Source: Sphingomonadaceae bacterium (GTDB lineage: Bacteria; Pseudomonadota; Alphaproteobacteria; Sphingomonadales; Sphingomonadaceae). Taken from it: a DNA stretch of 64,000 nucleotides. The translations under genes were made by a program, and so were the position numbers. Each line of letters begins with the position of its first letter. Positions within the stretch are counted from its first letter, which is position 1. Location: the NCBI GenBank assembly GCA_021732525.1, contig JAKFUU010000001.1, positions 29,906-93,905 of the forward strand, written 5' to 3'. Positions 61,851 to 64,000 of the stretch are shown here, one piece after another. The notes beneath the pieces are model-generated. The model was not told where the DNA came from, did not search any database, and saw nothing but the letters and a program-made list of their open reading frames with translations.

Positions 61851-62041
61851 TTTAGAGCGTTTTGCGGTAAATCTGTATCAATCCTCCCCGGAAGCGGGGA
61901 GGTGGCGGCGAAGCCGGCGGAGGGGGCCAGGCTCCCCGCCTACATTGCCCTTTACCCAGCCTGTAACCCCTCCGCCCTGCGGGCACCTCCCCGTTCCGGG
62001 GAGGATTTGAGCGATCCACATTTAACGCAAAATGCTCTAAA
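61851..62041. mobile_element. MITE-like 191-bp palindromic element with 16-bp terminal inverted repeats
   Basis: The termini tttagagcgttttgcg / cgcaaaatgctctaaa match 15/16. Subterminal hairpins are cctccccggaagcggggagg and cctccccgttccggggagg. No ORF; no target-site duplication seen. Confidence 0.6.
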
Positions 62042-62172
62042 CAATAAATAAAAATATTCAGGATATAGACATAGCACGCTTATAGCGCTGCTAAAGCAAC
62101 ATTTGCAACAGCGCCATCTGATCTGGCTGTCTGCCGCAACAATGCGGCTATAAAGCCAAGTTTCATGAAAAG

Positions 62173-62190
62173 TTAGGGTCCGGACCCTAA
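62173..62190. repeat. 18-bp perfect palindrome TTAGGGTCCGGACCCTAA (copy 2 of 2)
   Basis: Direct reading. It contains the mlaA stop codon (TAG, 62189-62187). Confidence 0.95.
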
Positions 62191-63233
62191 TAATGGCATG
62201 CCCCTGCCATGTTGGGGCGGTTTGCGGCTTGATGAGATTGGGGAGCCGGGTCATCCGGCGGCGCTTCGTCCGTGAGTGTTTGATCAACGGGCATTTCACC
62301 GGTGAGCGCCGCCGGTGTTTGATCCGCCTGTGGTTCGTTTTTTGGTTCTTCGGGTAGCGCCGATGGTTCTTCGGCCGGCGGCGCGGCCGGATCATCGAGC
62401 GGCATTTCGAGCAATTCAGATCCCGCGCTATGGGCATCGTCATGACCGCGAAGCGCCCGGACTTCGGCTTCGCGGTTCTGCAGATAGACCGAACGGAACG
62501 TGGCATAAGGGTCGGCGGCGCCATCCAAAAGCGCGGTAAATGCCGGATCATTTTCGATCCGTTGATCAATCACGCCCGACACGGTCCTGACGGCTTGATA
62601 GGATGTTTTGGTGAAAGGGCTGCCGACGGCAACGGGCAGCACATTGGCATCCACCGCGCCGCCCAATAGATCGCGCAGATTGGTGGGTCCAACCAGCGGC
62701 AGGAATAAATAAGGCCCCGGCTTCACCCCCCACCGCGCCAGTGTATTGCCAAAGCCATTGGATTTATAGACCAGCCCTTCGCTATGCGCGACATCGATCA
62801 CCCCGCCAACCCCCATGACGCTGTTGATCAAAAAGCGCTTGAATGAATGCAGCGAGCGCTTGGGCTTTAATTGCAGCAGGCCATTTACAAAATTAAGCGG
62901 TTCCATCAGATTGCGGAAAAAATTGCGTAGGCCTTTGCGCAGCGGTTTTGGAATCACCTTGCCGCTATTCAGGGCAACCGGGCGGAACACAGCCTTGTCG
63001 ATTCCAATGCCGATTTTGAACAGCCGGCGATTGACCTTTTCCAACGGGTCCCCCTTTGTGCGGCCGGCCTTTACCGGGGGATTGGCGGGGTCATCCTGAA
63101 TTTGCGGCGCTTCAGCGGGCTGTTCAGGCGGATTGAGATGGGGATTGGCCTGGACCAGGCTCTGCGCGGTGGCCCGCGTTGATGCCGTGGCCAACAATAT
63201 GGCGGTTAGGATCAGCGGCTTAACGGCGGACAT
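62187..63233 (-). CDS. mlaA: MlaA/VacJ family outer-membrane lipoprotein with a Pro/Glu-rich C-terminal tail
   Basis: Signal peptide plus DPLEKVNRRLFKIGIGIDKAVFRPVA and GPYLFLPLVGPTNLRD. Confidence 0.88.
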   Translation of the reverse strand: MSAVKPLILTAILLATASTRATAQSLVQANPHLNPPEQPAEAPQIQDDPANPPVKAGRTKGDPLEKVNRRLFKIGIGIDKAVFRPVALNSGKVIPKPLRKGLRNFFRNLMEPLNFVNGLLQLKPKRSLHSFKRFLINSVMGVGGVIDVAHSEGLVYKSNGFGNTLARWGVKPGPYLFLPLVGPTNLRDLLGGAVDANVLPVAVGSPFTKTSYQAVRTVSGVIDQRIENDPAFTALLDGAADPYATFRSVYLQNREAEVRALRGHDDAHSAGSELLEMPLDDPAAPPAEEPSALPEEPKNEPQADQTPAALTGEMPVDQTLTDEAPPDDPAPQSHQAANRPNMAGACHY

Positions 63234-63234
63234 G

Positions 63235-63876
63235 TTACGAATTTGCGGCCTTGGCGGTCAACGCATCGATATGTCGAACCAGCGCTTTGGCACCGCCCGC
63301 AGCAAGGATGCCGGCAAAATCCGCTCGGCGGGTTGCGAGCTGACTGATCGCATTATTGTAAAAGACATCGATGATTTTCCATTGCCCACCGCTGGAGCGC
63401 AGACGATAACCGATCGCGATGCCCGCTGTGCGTGGTTGATTAAGCGTCGTGCGCACCAACCGGTCGCTGGCACGCGATTCGACCCGCGCAGTAACGGTAA
63501 AGGATTGGCCATTGAAGCTTTTGAAATTGCCGGCATATTGCGCGATGGTAAAACGGGTGAAGGCGGCGGTGATCGCATTTTGATCGGCCGGGGTGAGTTT
63601 GACCCAGGGCGCTCCGATGATCAACCGAGTCATCAAGGGCAGATCGAAGCTGCGCGTTACAACGGGGCGAAGCAGCGCGCTGCGCCCAGCAAAGCCCAGT
63701 TTTGCGCCGCCTTTTGACGCAGCGATCAACGAATCGGAAAGCTCTTGAACGGGTATGCGCGCGGGATCGGCGGTCTGCGCCAACACCATTTGGGGTAGAG
63801 ATGCGCCGAATATCCCCAAAAAAAACAATGAACGCAATGACATAAATATCCTTCTCATGATACGGAGCTTTAGCAT
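63235..63876 (-). CDS. MlaC/Ttg2D-like periplasmic phospholipid-binding protein
   Basis: Signal peptide, then FTRFTIAQYAGNF ... WKIIDVFYNNAISQLATRRADF, the Tgt2/MlaC pattern. It lies immediately upstream of mlaA. Confidence 0.7.
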   Translation of the reverse strand: MLKLRIMRRIFMSLRSLFFLGIFGASLPQMVLAQTADPARIPVQELSDSLIAASKGGAKLGFAGRSALLRPVVTRSFDLPLMTRLIIGAPWVKLTPADQNAITAAFTRFTIAQYAGNFKSFNGQSFTVTARVESRASDRLVRTTLNQPRTAGIAIGYRLRSSGGQWKIIDVFYNNAISQLATRRADFAGILAAGGAKALVRHIDALTAKAANS

Positions 63877-64000
63877 AATGCGATCCTACCAGCAGCGCAC
63901 AAAGTTAGGGCTTGTTCGGTAACAAATAGGAGAAATACACAGAATGAACAAAAAGAACTGAATGAAAGTTACGGCATTGCGTTCAGAATGAAAAGTGACG

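Overview
This is an origin-proximal chromosomal segment of an alphaproteobacterium. Gene content and order look Sphingomonadales-like, but that is inference only. It is mostly core genes. Left to right: maf (partial) and ppsR, a candidate oriC, hemE-hemJ, rho, ABM-TerC, mnmE, and mnmG-rsmG-parA-parB carrying three parS sites. Next come a three-gene DUF4402 pilin / PapD-like chaperone / 901-aa usher-like locus, a pabB-pabC fusion and an aspartate aminotransferase. On the minus strand is the TCA block mdh-[orphan ORF]-sucD-sucA-sucB-lpdA, with no sucC anywhere in the window. Then follow an M20 peptidase, zapE, a PaaI thioesterase and sdhB, and a small polysaccharide cluster (NTP transferase, HAD-IB, TagB/F-like transferase, GT2, flippase). 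The rest is rplM-rpsI, ctaA, MerC-like + Fur/Zur, dxs, lolA, ftsK, a UbiH-family hydroxylase, a BlaR1/BlaI-like pair, prfA, hisS, an M61 peptidase, ppa, hxlR, carD, MTase-DUF2807-DUF192, NDUFA12-like, DUF2155, aat, purC and mlaA/mlaC-like. I saw no rRNA, tRNA, CRISPR array, transposase or integrase. The best candidates for something new are: (1) a low-GC orphan ORF translationally abutted to sucD, in the slot where sucC usually sits; (2) the atypical chaperone-usher-like pilus locus; (3) a tandem-repeat-encoded mini-ORF that relays ATGA stop/start overlaps between ppsR and maf; (4) several families of short structured repeats, including an 18-bp perfect palindrome present twice. All functional calls rest on motif recognition by eye and no database search was run.
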